Positions 34,266-47,989 of a stretch of DNA of 64,000 nt are shown here, in pieces. Both the position numbers and the translations under genes were made by a program. Source of the DNA: Eledone cirrhosa (Eukaryota). Under the pieces are notes generated by a model that did no database searches, was not told the origin of the DNA, and was given only the letters and a program-made list of their open reading frames with translations. The DNA is taken from NCBI GenBank assembly GCA_964016885.1, contig OZ024741.1, positions 167,214,001 to 167,278,000 of the forward strand, written 5' to 3'. The number at the start of each line of letters is the position of its first letter. Position 1 is the stretch's first letter.

Positions 34266-34590
34266 ATTGTTATAATTTGGGAGGGATATGCGGCCAATAA
34301 AAACACAGGCACCTGTTGGTTTTCACTTCAATTTATTATAAATATCTGGTTGGTTGGTTGCTTGGTTCGATAACCGGATGGTTGTTTATATATTGTCAAA
34401 GCTCTTTCGTCACACATTCTGTGACCTCCTCAGTGACTAGGCTTTTATTTTGTCTCTCTTTTGTTGTCCTACACCATCTTGTTTTTGTGTGTTGTGTGTT
34501 ATTGGTAGCATGACCCTCCCAATGTATAACAATATCTGTTTCAACACACATTTTCAGATAAGAAATCTTGCAAAACAAATTCAAAAAAGA
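34266..34590. mobile_element. Short non-coding derivative of the 23551 PLE-like family with inverted ends
   Basis: TTGTTATAATTTGGGAGGG ... CCCTCCCAATGTATAACAA; internal sequence matches 23600-23790. Confidence 0.75.
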
Positions 34591-35043
34591 TATATATACA
34601 TATATAAATTATGATTATGGCATTTACACCAACTGATATGGACTATTAAGATGCAAAATGGAAGGTAATATTTTGTTAATGTTAATATAAATGTATTATA
34701 GATCCCAGGGAGCTGATTTTAATGAGATTGTGCTACATGTTCTTATTTAGCCTGGCAAAACATGTCGGTCAATTAAATGTACAATTAACAGCTTTGCTGA
34801 GTTTTTTATATATATATATGCTCTATGAACAATATAACCATGCAGTGAGCGGACTGTAAACACTGGATTAACTCCAGATGCTCTACATCTTTCGCACTTA
34901 CTGATTATCAAATCACATTAAGCTTAAACCTCACTTTGCTAAATGTATAGTTGTTTTCTCAACTTGTTTGAACTTTTATATATATATGTGAAACCAATAA
35001 GCCTTTTTGTATCACAGTTTTGTCATTTCCCTGAACTATATAT

Positions 35044-35370
35044 CATCATCATCATCATATTACGTCCGCTTTTCCCTGCTTGCAAGGGTGGGACGGGAAC
35101 TGATTTGGCTTGATTTTTACAGCTGGATGCCCTTCCTAACACCAACCTCATTTACAGTGAGTGCTGGGTGCTTTTGTGGTACCTCCACGACCACTTTGCA
35201 GTGGAATGATATGGACCCCAGTCCCTATCATCTCATTTCTACAGCTGAGTAAACTGGAGCAACGTGAAATAAAGTGTCTTCCTCAAGGAAACAATACATC
35301 ACCTGGTCTGAGAATTGAACTCACAACCTTTCGATTGCAAGCCCAATGCTCTAACCACTAACCCATGTGC

Positions 35371-35372
<2 letters not shown>
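35044..35372 (-). mobile_element. Full tRNA-derived SINE family 1 with RTE-like 3' tail
   Basis: tRNA head; tail shares AGGAAGGGCATCCAGC and (GAT)n with the RTE family A 3' UTR. Confidence 0.88.
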
Positions 35373-35404
<32 letters not shown>

Positions 35405-35412
35405 GACATGTG

Positions 35413-35461
<49 letters not shown>

Positions 35462-35707
35462 GCCATGTGCCTATATATATATATATAGTAATAATAATAA
35501 ATTTGAAGACTAAAATCCAAAGAGGGCTCGATAAGGATAAATATATATCAAATATATAAGAACCGTAGAGCAAATATTTAATCTGTTATTTTAATAAATA
35601 TATATATATATATGCAGGAGGTGAGTTTTATTGTAGCACAATAAAGCAATGTTGATTTAAAACTTCACTATTCACAAGTGTTTTTTAAGCTTCATATCAT
35701 GTCTCCC

Positions 35708-35778
35708 TATTTTATCTGATGAGAATGCAGATATCATCCCATGATGATATTTGTTTTTGAAATGCGCATAATAGAATA
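35708..35778 (+). ncRNA. Minimal type I hammerhead ribozyme
   Basis: TATTTTAT-CTGATGA-GAATGCAGATATCATC/GATGATATTTGTTTTT-GAAA-T-GCGC-A-TA-ATAGAATA; predicted cut after 35770. Confidence 0.88.
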
Positions 35779-35828
35779 CTTGGAACTCTTTTAACCATCT
35801 TTTGATCTTATATTATATATATATATAT

Positions 35829-37575
35829 CAGATAACATCACCTCTAAATACCAAATAGCTAATATAAACACGTATAATACTATAAATAAGGAAGCTAAAG
35901 AATTAGCTAGTTTTTTAAAAATAGACAATACAACAGAAAAACTTGCTAAACGCAATGCCTATATCACCCTCAAAGATCACAAACCTGATTTTATTAATCG
36001 TCCTAGTTGTAGATCAATCAACCCTGCTAAGACTGAAATCGGTCTTGTTAGCAAAAAATTTTTAAATAATATAAACACACATATTAGAAGTAAGTCTAAA
36101 TTACTCCAATGGATAAATAGCTCTTCCGTAGTACATTGTTTTAATAATATTAAAGGTAAAAATAGTTCTAGATTCACCCAATTTGACATTGTAGACTTCT
36201 ACCCATCTATTACTCACCCTCTTTTAACGAAAGCCTTAAATTTTGCTAGAAAGTTTACCAATATTTCTGATATTGAAGAGAATGTCACTTTGCATGCTAG
36301 AAACACTCTACTTTTTACTAATAATGACACTTGGGTAAAAAATATCTAACCCAGAGAACCCATTCGATGTCTCAATGGGTTCTTTTGACAGTGCTGATGT
36401 TTGTGATTTAGTCAGCCTATTCCTCCTATACACACTTAAAGAGAAATTCCCTAACCATACCTTTGGGCTTTAGCGCGACGATGGTCTAATACTTTCCCAT
36501 ACCACCATAGGCCATAACTTAGATAGATTAAGGAAAGACTTAATAAAAACCTTCGTTAGTTTTAATCTTAAAATTACCATTGACACTAACCTTTCCAATG
36601 TTAATTTTCTAGATATATACCTAGATCTGCCTACTGCTTCTTATAAACCGTACCATAAACCTTATGAAAATTTAAAATATATAAATAAAGGCTCTTGCCA
36701 TCCTCCTATAGTTTTTAAAAACCTTATCCTTAATATTAGCCATAGGATCTCCACCCTCTCTTCCTCAGAAGCTATTTTCAATAAGGCATTCCTCTACTAT
36801 AATAAAGCCCTTCAAAATAGCGGATTTAGCGAACCGATTAAGTACATACCCAACAATATTAACTCCTTTAAACATAATAATAGGAAAAGAAAAATAATCT
36901 GGTTCACATCCCCCTACTCTTTAGCAGTTAAAACTAATGAAGGCAAAAAATTCCTAGAGCTCTTAGATAAACATTTCCCTAGAATACATAGATACTATAA
37001 GATCTTCAATAGAAACTGTGTCAAAATTAGCTACTCCTGCGGTCCCCCTATTAAATCTTATATCCTCAATAAGAAAACACCCAGAGAACATCAAAATTGC
37101 TCCTGTAGAGTCAAAAGTGAATGCCCATTACAAGGTAAATGCAACACCAAAGCCATTGTATATGCGGCTAAAGTGACAACCATCAGCAACAACCAACCAA
37201 CCACCAGCGAACGATATGTGGGTATGACACAAGTACAAATTCAAAACGCGTTATTACTCACATGTCGCATCTTTCCGACATCCTGAAAAAAGATTTACAA
37301 CAGTTCTGGCTAACAGAATATGGGATTTGAAAAACCAAGGTATCCAATATAAATTGGATTGGTCAATTTTGAACCAATCTAAAGAATATGCAAGAGGAAC
37401 AAGAAGATGCACACTCTGCATAAGTGAAAAATATTGGATTTTACAGAACCTTAAATCACCCAAAACCTACCTAAATGCAAAAATAGAAATTTTCACCAGT
37501 TGCCCACACATGAAATCACACTTGCTTTCCAGCTCATATAAACTTAACTCACTTTCAGATACTTATCCTCCATAA
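35829..37575 (+). mobile_element. Penelope-like retroelement (RT plus GIY-YIG), 5'-truncated, with stops and frameshifts
   Basis: ITLKDHK, FDIVDFYPSI, MGSFDSADVCDL, GL*RDDGL (YRDD), FLDI, CPLQGKC..AIVY...YVGMT, CTLCISEK. Confidence 0.92.
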
Positions 37576-38017
37576 ACTCGTTCTTCACTTTCCTTAAATT
37601 ATCCTCTTTACAGACTTCTCTTTCTGATTTACTTTTATTTTTATTTTTACTTCACATCCACCAGTGACCCCCCCCCCCCCTACTTTTTGATTCACTTACC
37701 TAATATCTTCACAATTCCACATTTTACTTCCCCATTTTCTTTCACTACCTGATATCACATGTCACTTGCGTTTTCAACTCCAGATATATTCTGTTGTTGC
37801 GCAGCCACTTTTATATTTGTACTCATTTATTCATACGGCTGGTTTATAATTTGTATGTGTGCATGTGTGTGTATGCGTTCTGTATATGTATACGAACGCC
37901 TCCGTATGTGTGCGTATGTGTGTATATATGTGTATGTATGTGTTTTTATATCTGTTTTTTACATACTTATATATACGCGTGTGTGTATGGGTGAATGTAT
38001 GTGTATATGTATGTATG

Positions 38018-38050
<33 letters not shown>

Positions 38051-38862
38051 ATATGTATATGTATATATATGCATATAGTCACGTACAAACGTGTGATTAG
38101 ATAGACATGTGCCGATATATATATATGTGCTTCGTGTGTATGTATGCGCGCCTCTGTATGTATGTGCTTTTGTCTGTACTTATATATATATATTTTATAT
38201 ATATATATGTGTGTACGTACGAACCTATGTTTGTTTTCTTTTTCTAGTGTTACTTTCTCTTTGATTTAAAAAATGTTTTCATTCTCATATATTGTTTCAT
38301 TTTTATACATGTATCGAGCCTCAGACTGACACTCCTATGACTAATACACTCCTTTGACTAATACACTCCCTTCCCTGTATATCATTCGCATATATGTGAT
38401 CGCGCGTGTGTGTGTGTGTGTGTTTATACGCGTGCTTTCATACTTGTATGTGTATATATTTAATACCTGAATCTGGATGTATGTTAACTATATTATCTTA
38501 CAATTTCTTTTTCAACTTATATTATATACGTATTTGTAGTCACACATACACTGATATGCTTGCCCTCATATATGTACTTATGCACACATTTTCACTATAC
38601 ACATGCATTTGTACATACATACATATGTACATTTGTGAGTGAATATACACACATTTATACACATACCCTAACTATATTTCCTTTTTTTTATATATCTCTT
38701 GCATTACTTTTATTTATATATTTTTTTTGCTCGTTAAACTTTTGCCTTTCTTGAGGAGATTTTTCAAATATTTCACTATGTTTTAATTTGCCTTGTCCGA
38801 TGAACGAATGGGACGTTTTTACCTCTGGTAATGAGGTAATTATATTGTATTGTTTATTATAC

Positions 38863-38903
<41 letters not shown>

Positions 38904-39758
38904 ATAAGAGATGGTAAAAAGTGTATATGTGTGAGTGTACAGTGTACCACGACCATTCACAGTCCCAGTTATTTGCAGAACTTTCCTCAGACTCTAACTA
39001 ATAATTGTTCGTGGAAACCACTGCATATTCACAGAATCGTAAATATCTTCTGTCATTTTTTTTAATGGCTTTTTTCATGCTTTTTAATACTAAATTATTA
39101 ATAACAATATACCGTATTTGCTGGCCTATATTTTACGTTGTTTTGATGTTTATAGGCATTTTTATGGACCACGTCGAATATTTGCGGTTTTTCACTCTTC
39201 GTGGGTGCTCTAGGAATGTAAGCCCCGCGAATACTGGGGGGGGGGGGGGGGGGGCAACTGTACACTGGTTTTGGAGAATAGGTTCACAGTATCCTTGCAT
39301 GCCATGGGTTAAAAGTCTCATCTAATCCATGCTAGGTACGTAAAACTGATAATAAACACAACACACACACCCAGACAAACACATTACTTAAATAGCAAAG
39401 ATGAAAAAGATCTTTATCAGTGTTAGAAACAGGTTTGTAAATTGTTGCTAAAACCACCACTAAATTGAAGATTACTTTACATGGGTAACAGTGATATCTG
39501 GGAGAGATGGAGAGGGGGAGAAAGAAAGGAAGAAAGTGTGTTTACAGATATATTATTTTTAAGAATGTGTATATAGTTTAATCATTTAATAGTGTATATA
39601 CACTTCTATCATTTAGTGTACACAGTTGAGTCATCTAGTAGTGTATATGCAGTTGAGTCACTTAGTAGTGTGTTTAATTATTATATAGAGGGTATACAGT
39701 TTTAATACTTAGTAGTGTGTATAACCCTGACAAAATGCACATGGTGTACCCTGTATAA

Positions 39759-39943
39759 CAATGGTTCCCAAAGTGGGTTCAACAGAACCCAAGGGCTCTG
39801 CAAAGGAGCGTCTAGGGTTCCATGAAAAAAGGTAGAGGAGGATATATGTATTATGACCATATAACAGTATTAGACTTTGGGGTTTCCCCAAAAGTTTCTG
39901 AACCAAAAAGGGTTCCGCGTTTGAAAAAGTTTGGAAAACCCTC
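39759..39943. mobile_element. hAT-type MITE
   Basis: TIR CAATGGTTCCCAAA / TTTGGAAAACCCTC; 8-bp TSD CTGTATAA/CTGTATAG. Confidence 0.8.
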
Positions 39944-41295
39944 CTGTATAGTGTAGTTACCTTATAGCGATGGTTTTTGTTGATGGTCGGGTCGGTGTTG
40001 ATTTGTTTGTTGCGTGTGCTCACTTGTAGCTTGCTGTGTTGTGTGGTCACTGTTATGTGATGCAGTGTAACCAGAGGTTGCATGTGTGCAGGTAAGTAAC
40101 TAAGTGTTCAATAAGATGATGATGATGTGATAGTTCCTTGATCGTGCAGAAAATGAATATAAATAAATGAACCACGATTACACCAAACGCTATATTATTA
40201 CTTTATTGATTATAACTCACACTAAAGCTATATGAAAAATACACAAGAATTATGTACATTATTTGTTTGTTTGTAAAAGTAGAGTTAAAGTCGTATTTAC
40301 CAAGAAAACATCATGAACTTCACTGGCTTGGTTAAGAGACCAAGAGATAGAGATTGAGTGCAAGAGAAGGTAAGAGTCTGTAAGACCCTAAGGGGTCTAT
40401 AGGAAGCAATAGTCTACATGTTTACTCTATCAAGACCTGCTTCGAACTGCCACCATGCTGGTCCAAGACAGGCTATTTGTCTAACTCGCTTCCTCTGTCC
40501 CCAAAGCCTTGAGAACAAAAGGGCTGATCTTTAGAAGTTGTCCACTCTCATACCTGTTTACACCCGACAGGAGATAACCCAGTTAATGACAGTTAAATGT
40601 CACCTAGGGGTCAAGGTGTGGACAGATTTTTCTACAACCTGAGATAAGGCCCCACCCGAGAGATCAGTAGCTCCAATTAAGTAATGATTTGGTCTATGAC
40701 AACACATCCCACCCTTGCTAACAGAGAGAATGGGCATTAAATGATGATGACTGTGTATACAGTTTAATTATTTTATATATTCCTGCCTAATTATTTCTAA
40801 ATGTTAGGATAACAGTTAAACACATTGGGCTTGTATGCTTGAGGTGTGTAGCAAATATTCTGATAGTAAAATAAACAAAATAACATACAGATAGACTATA
40901 CATATACACCTGAAACACATCTATATGTTCATTCAACCACTAGAAATAGCAGTCAAATCTCCCTCAAATCCCATCCTACTGTCCAAGAAAAGACAATATG
41001 TAGCTAAGTGTTTTCTGCACACAGGAGAAAGACAAGATGGTCACAGCTAGAATGTCTCCGATTACAAGTGTGAGTTGGGGCTAAACAATAACAATGACCA
41101 TGGTGGGAAGGATCAGTTGAGCTGTAAGAAATAGAAGCCATATCTCCTTCATTACTAAATAAAGGAAAGGCACATTGGATAAAAAAAAAAGGTTGCGTAA
41201 GTTGAGATGGTCATGGCCGTAGAGATTTTGATCATAAGTCTACTGAGTCAGGGCTGAATTTGGACTAAACAACCACAACAACGATGCTTATTATA

Positions 41296-41719
41296 TGATG
41301 GTAGGCTGAGAAGTTCATAGGCTGACTACGAAGGGGGAGGGGGGGGTGCTAGAGCTATGAAATCTTGCATTCATTAATTTCAACAAAAGTGATGGATTGG
41401 CAGTATTGGTGGAGCGTCAGACAACATAGTTACGGCCTGTTACGTTCTGAGTTCAAATCTCGCCATGGTTAGCTTTGCCTTTCATCCTTACAGAATCGAT
41501 AAAATAAAGTACCAGTAGTTCTCTTGGGTCGATTTAATCAACTTTTCTCTCCCCAAAAATTATTGGCCTTGCCTTGTGTCTAAATCAGAAATCATTAATT
41601 TCAACTCCTTTAATAACTGCATTGTTTTTTTATCTAGGGACTATGTTGAAAAATAAACCTTATTTGGTCATTCCATGAGAGTATCTTGGTAAGCCTATGA
41701 TCTTTTTAGCCGACCGTCG
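41296..41719. mobile_element. Tc1/mariner MITE carrying a nested SINE
   Basis: TIR TGATGGTAGGCTGAGAAGTTCATAGGCT / AGCCTATGATCTTTTTAGCCGACCGTCG, TA flanks. Confidence 0.8.
41385..41591 (+). mobile_element. SINE family 2 with 14-bp TSD
   Basis: TCATTAATTTCAAC at 41371-41384 and 41592-41605. Confidence 0.85.
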
Positions 41720-44391
41720 TATTTGAGATGGCTGAATGGTTAAGGAGTTCACCTCACAATCATTAAATTCTGGGTTTGATCCCACCGCATGTCGTCTTAG
41801 GTATGTGTCAATTACACTTAGCTGCGTGCTGACTCATGTCTTGTGAGTGAAATTGGGCAGACAGTAACTGCTTAGAAGTCCATCGGATGGACTGTATCTG
41901 TTATTCAAAGGGTCAGCCTTGTATACATACTGTTAAGGGTACACACGCCTATGGAATGCTCAACCATTTGCATGTTAATTTCATGAGCTGGCCGTTTCTC
42001 TCATCGAACTGGAACATTCATCATAAAAACCGACGGAGGTTCATTATAGCTTTCTTTATGTTTTTGTTTCTGACATTTTTACAATACTTAGAACTAAACT
42101 GCGCAAGATTTATAGTCCTGTGGAAATTGTGTGGAAGCACGTGGTATGTGAGCTGTGTTTATGATTAGTTTATGTTCCGTAACTCAGAGGTTCAACAAAA
42201 AAAGATTGATAAAATAAATAACAGGCTTGAAAAAATAAGTACTCGTGTCGATATGATCGACTAAAACTGTTCAAAACAGTGCCTCAAAATCGCTAAACAA
42301 CAATAAAACAACAAATAAAAGATTCAACAATAATAATAATATACCATGTGTGTTTGTATATTTATATATATATCCATTTGTAACTCTTTAAAATTTACAC
42401 ACACATACAAACAATGTGTTTCCTATGCAAAAGCACAGATGCGTATAAAGTAAAACTAAAAACAAAACGCAAAAGGCACGAGATCAATTCATACATATTC
42501 ACTATCGATGTGAGTAAATGGGGAGAGATTGGTGGAAGAATGAAAAAAAGAAGGTCGGAGCATTCGAGGGAGAGAGAGAGAGTGTGTGTGTGTATATGTG
42601 TGTGCGCACACAAAAACAACCATATCACCAACCATAATACATCATGGGTAAGGCAAAATACCGAGTTAGTATTTAGTATTTGTGTGTATGCATGTATAAA
42701 TATATATATAAATGTGTGTGTGGGTGTATGCGTGTATAGGATTTACACACACAAACATATACACAATGCATTTTCTATATCAGCCTGTTAAAATAAGTTC
42801 AGAATTAAGTTTAGTCATAATAGAAACACACAAGAAATACTAAGATTCATTTGACACATTGACACGATAATATATCTTTGATATATAAAGTATTAAGCCA
42901 TTGTGGGAAATTATAGACAGCTATATCATTCAATTTGTGAGTACACATGGGATGGACAAACAGGAAAATGCAAACACATCCCCATATCATAGACTGTTAA
43001 TGGTCGACTCCAGAGGACATCACCATCGTTTAATATCCATTTTCCACGCTAGCATGGGCTATACAGGCTGTCCCATTAGAGGCAAGTTGGGTCAAGTGAC
43101 TGTATCTTATTCATATAAGACGGTCTCTGGCTAGATGTCTACGGTTGGATGCCCTTCCTAACGCCAAGCACATTTAGTGTAGGCTGGATGCTTTTTGTCA
43201 TATTCCTACATGACCACTTTACAGAAGCCGATGATATAATAGAGATTTGCTTGTTTTCCACTGTCCATGTCAAGGGTGCTCAGATTTTGAATGTGCGCAA
43301 GTGAACATGTGCGTGTCTTAGCTAATGCTGACCTGACTTCGATTTACACACACACAAACATATGTATCATCATAGTTTAAGATCCGCTTTCCCTGCTAGC
43401 AATGGTTGGGTATGTCGTTTCATCTCGCTTACATATATATTCGCTCATAAAGTTCACTGGATACGTTTCATGGTAGCACCAGCACTAGGGTGTTTGTTTA
43501 ACTTTGACATAACTGAAGAGTTCTTTCAAACTTTTGCTTGGTAAATCTTTTTTTTACAGCTGGATACCCCTCCTAACGCTAATCACTTTACAAAGTGTAT
43601 AAGGTGCATTTATCGTGGCACCAGCACTAGACATGTTTCCGTTCATTGACTCAACTGAAGAGCCCTTAGTGTTATATAAGATGGAGGGAGGGAGAAGATG
43701 GAGCGAGGGAGAAGGTAGAGTAAGATGGATAACAAATATATCTAACGTGTGACAATAGGTGAGTAGGAAGAGAGGATAAAACGTACGGTGTCATATATGA
43801 CAAGTGTAGTGGGATTTAACATGGGGGGGGGGGTGAGGAAGAAAGAGGGTTGAGGGTGAAACTAGATAGTACTAGGATACGGAGAGTGGTTTGTGTGTAT
43901 ACACACACACACACATATATATATATGGCATACAAATCTGGACTCCAAAAATTAAATATACATTCAACGCTATTGCTTTATTGATGGTACATGTCCACTA
44001 GTACAAGACTAAATTACAAATAGTAAATTAAAATTAAATATAGAGTTATCGCCCTTGCACGTTTTCACTTTGGTTTAAATTGTTCCAAACGTCAATCATC
44101 GTAATGTTTTCTAATTTAGCCACAAAGCCAGCAATTTTGAAGGAGAACAAACCCAATTAAATCGACCCAATACTTTACCGGTACATTATTATATTCTGGT
44201 CAAATCCCGCCGAGGTTAACTTTGCCTTTCATCGATAAAATAAAGTACCAGTAATGCACTGGGTAATTGTTGGCCTTGTGCCAAAAGTAGAAACAATTAT
44301 TATATTCACTATGGAAGGGTGAACAGCAAAGTTGACCATGGCGAAATTTGAAACCAGAACGTAAGGGGTCGTAACAAAATATTGCAATGTA

Positions 44392-44591
44392 CAGTGTGGC
44401 CCAAAAGTCACACAGGGGTTTTAGTTTTTATTAACTTCCGATTGATGTATGAAATTTTGATACAACTTAAAGGACATAATGGAAATTATTTTGCACTCGT
44501 CAATCCTTGTCACACCTCTACATTACTAAATATTATAAAATAAAAAAATTATAAACAGGTGCGACTCCTGTGTGACTTTTGGGCCACCCTG
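44392..44591. mobile_element. Tc1/mariner MITE
   Basis: TIR CAGTGTGGCCCAAAAGTCACACAGG / CCTGTGTGACTTTTGGGCCACCCTG, TA TSD; interrupts a SINE. Confidence 0.88.
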
Positions 44592-44901
44592 TATTAGCAG
44601 TTCTACCCATCCATAGTCCTTAAACATAAATTTAATGAGAAAGTCAGTTATGTTACTAAATCCCTTCAAGTTCTCAATTATTTTCAAAATGATTTCAAAA
44701 ACATTGACAATCTATTTCATTGGAAATGTGATAATGAAAGAGTTATATAAAAACAGAAACAGCTGTTTCCAGAGCTTTGTACGATCATGGTTTCAGTTTT
44801 TATTTACATTGACCTACAAGGTATAAAACTACTGCCAATGCAGTTTTGCTGACCATTGTTCTAGAGAATAATTTAATATTTAAGAGTTTACAGAAAGATG
44901 C

Positions 44902-45120
44902 TGTGTATTTACCAGTATTTCATGATTAATTAATGTCAACCTGTTTTAATATGTACCTGTGTATTTACCAGTATTTCTTGATTAATTCATGTCAACCTGT
45001 TTTCATATGTACCTGTTTATTTATCTGTATTTCTTGATTAATCTACGTCTACCTGTTTCAATAGTACCTGTGTATTTTACCTTTATTTTTTTTACTAATT
45101 CACGTCTATCTGTTTCGATA
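44902..45120. repeat. Minisatellite, unit about 56 bp, about 4 copies
   Basis: TGTGTATTTACCAGTATTTC..GATTAATT.ATGTCAACCTGTTTT..TATGTACC repeated. Confidence 0.85.
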
Positions 45121-47194
45121 TGTATTAGATGTGGTGATGGATGCTCCATCAGTTTCGATGATGAGCATTCAGTTGTTTGATTAACTAAATGTTCAGCTCC
45201 TGAATTAATGTGTAAGTGGTTGAATATTCCACAGACAAGTACCTTTAACATAATTCACAAGCCGAAGCAGCATGACACAGTTAGTGACAAGGCTGAAGCT
45301 TTGAATTACAAGTATAATCCATTCGATAGGCTTTCATATTTTCATTATTCCTCAATTTTACTCACAAGGCTTTGATCAGCCTGGAACTATGGTTAAGGCA
45401 GTAGCTCAAAATGACACATAGTGGGATCTAACCTGGGATCACATGATTGTGAAGCAAACTTCTTAACCACTCTACTATGCCTGTGTCCTCATTAATAGGT
45501 TTGCTTCTCTCTCCTCAACACTGATGCTTAAAAGAAAGGCAAAGTGGAAAAGCTTGGCACCAATGTTTCACAACTTGTTTCCAGCTGAGTGAACTTGAGC
45601 AATGCCAAATAAAGTGTCATACTCAAGAGAATAACAAGCTGCCTGATCTGAGAATCAAACTCATGGTTACATGACCATGAGCCCAGCACCCTAACCACTA
45701 AATCACAATCACATGCTTTTACCGCATCAATAGGATGTAATCAATAACTGTCACACATTTAGCGCACGTCATTAGGTACACTATCGCAATCTATATGCAT
45801 AGTGTTTATATACCCGTTTATAATTAGTTTATTGTAACTCGTTAGATTAAAATCTGTTTGATAATTTTGGTTGTTGTAACAGCTGCTAAGAAGATGTTCA
45901 TAGATATGGATTTAACACTTTTGTCACTATATTTCTCATAAAATACACACTCTTTTTCAATTTATAAATGAAGTATTTTGAGGGATTTACTTAAATTAAT
46001 TACTTCATAACTTAGATAGTGGCTTAATGTATAGCTCTTATATAAAATTATACTGGCAAATTTAAATTTAAATAGGAATTCTTAAAATTTTTTTTTTCAT
46101 AGAACCAGAGCTGGTTTTGGACAGGTTGGTACCAAAAAGGTTAAAAAATAAAAAATAAATATGGGTCTCTCTCTCTCACACACACACACAATCAAATGAA
46201 ACTGTTTCATGTTTGGAGCAGCAGTTTATGGAATGATGTTTCTAAATGAAAATGTCATAAACACACATTGTGCGAGAGAGAAAGAGAATGTAGCGGGGGG
46301 ACACTAGGAGCAGATTCCTTCAATTGCCTGGCAGACTACTCAGATGTTGTTGACAATTTACATGCCTCATGACCTAGAGCGCAGTGAGGGTAGGGACAGT
46401 ATGAAGTGAGAATAAGCTGGAAGAGGTTTATGGAGCTAGTACCTTTGCTGACAATGGGGGGATGCTTCTTTCAGAGTGAGTGGTAGAATGTGTGATGCCT
46501 GTATGCAAGTGGCAATGCTGTATATCTGTGGGACATGGGCCTTGACTGCAGGGAACCTGGTAGGATTGTAGGGATATGGGCCCAGTATGCTCTTCAATTG
46601 AGTTAATGTAGGACAGCGTCTCTAGTGCTAGTTCCACAATGGGACACACTCAGCACATGTTCAGTGGTTGGCGATAGATCAGTAGAAGCCATGCTTAAAA
46701 GGGTTGAGAAAACCCTTCATTTATGTCATGTCAACCTCTCTAGTGTTGGTACCACAGAAAATGCATCTGGTACACTCATGATAAGAAGCTGTAGAAACAA
46801 TGCCAAAACAAAGTATCAAAGAATCTTCAATTCTATAAAAGGCACAACCTATCTACTGTTAGTGACATGGTAAAATGCAGCCACTACACTCTGTAAAGTG
46901 GTTAATGATAGCAAGAGTATCCAGTCATACAAAACTTGTCAAACAAAAATAGAAATAACTCTTCAGTTCTGTCAAATACATGTTGACCTTAGTGCTGGTG
47001 CAGGAACATTTGTGAGATGTATCCTTCAGCCATTATGAGTGATCAGTGGCTTCTATTGAGTATAGAATTGGTCTGTGACAACCCATCCAACCCTTTCATG
47101 CATGGAATATGGATGTTAAATGATGATATATATATGTGAGAGGGATAGAGAGATACACAGAGATAGACTGATGGAGAAAAAGAGTTTATATATG

Positions 47195-47244
<50 letters not shown>

Positions 47245-47477
47245 TATATATATATATATATATATGTTTAACGATGGAAATGTGGTAAGGAACCAGGTGG
47301 ACCATAACGCACCAAAGTACTCAATACTTAGGGTAGTAGAGTGGGTAATAGGAACCAGTAAGACCCCGACGGCTGAGCTCAAGCTGTTTCGACGGCTGAG
47401 CTCAAGCTGTTTCGACGGCCTGAGCTCAGCCGTCGGGGTCTTACTGGTTCCTATATATATGTTTATATATATGTTTA

Positions 47478-47811
47478 TCATCATCATCATCATTTTATGT
47501 CCACTTTTCCCTGCTTGCAAGGGTGGGACGGGAACTGATTCTGGCTTGATTTCTACAGCTGGATGCCCTTCCTAACACCAACCTCATTTACAGTGAGTGC
47601 TGGGTGCTTTTTTGCCGTGGCACCTCCACGACCACTTTGCAGTGGAATGATAGGGACCACAGTCCTATCATCTCATTTCTACAGCTGAGTAAACTGGAGC
47701 AATGTGAAATAAAGTGTCTTGCTCAAGGAAACAACACATCACCTGGTCTGAGAATTGAACTCACAACCTATCGATTGCACGGCTAATGCTCTAACCACTA
47801 AGCCACGTGCA
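47478..47811 (-). mobile_element. SINE family 1
   Basis: Near-identical to 35044-35372. Confidence 0.9.
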
Positions 47812-47927
47812 TATATATATATATATGTTTATCCCGGGTTAAATCGGGGATAACCACACTAAGTTAGGTACTCAATACATAACTGATGATTTCCTCCGAA
47901 TGAAACAGTTCTAGTTCTGAGAAGCCA

Positions 47928-47989
<62 letters not shown>

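Noticed and set aside
34520-34565. CTGAAAA...GAAACAGATATTGTT hammerhead-like text (also at 24400 and 52640)
   Set aside because: G8 is missing, there is no stem II, stem I is poor, and it is antisense to the family's GIY-YIG ORF.
39968-40091. Plus-strand exon-like segment ending CAG|GTAAGT
   Set aside because: All three frames contain stops from the upstream acceptor, and there is no other support.
44902-45120. CRISPR-like periodic repeat
   Set aside because: Whole units are repeated with no unique spacers, in a eukaryotic context; it is a minisatellite.
47880-47916. CTGATGA-TTTCCTCCGAAT-GAAACAG motif
   Set aside because: The core boxes are present but stems I and III cannot be formed convincingly; at most a decayed copy.
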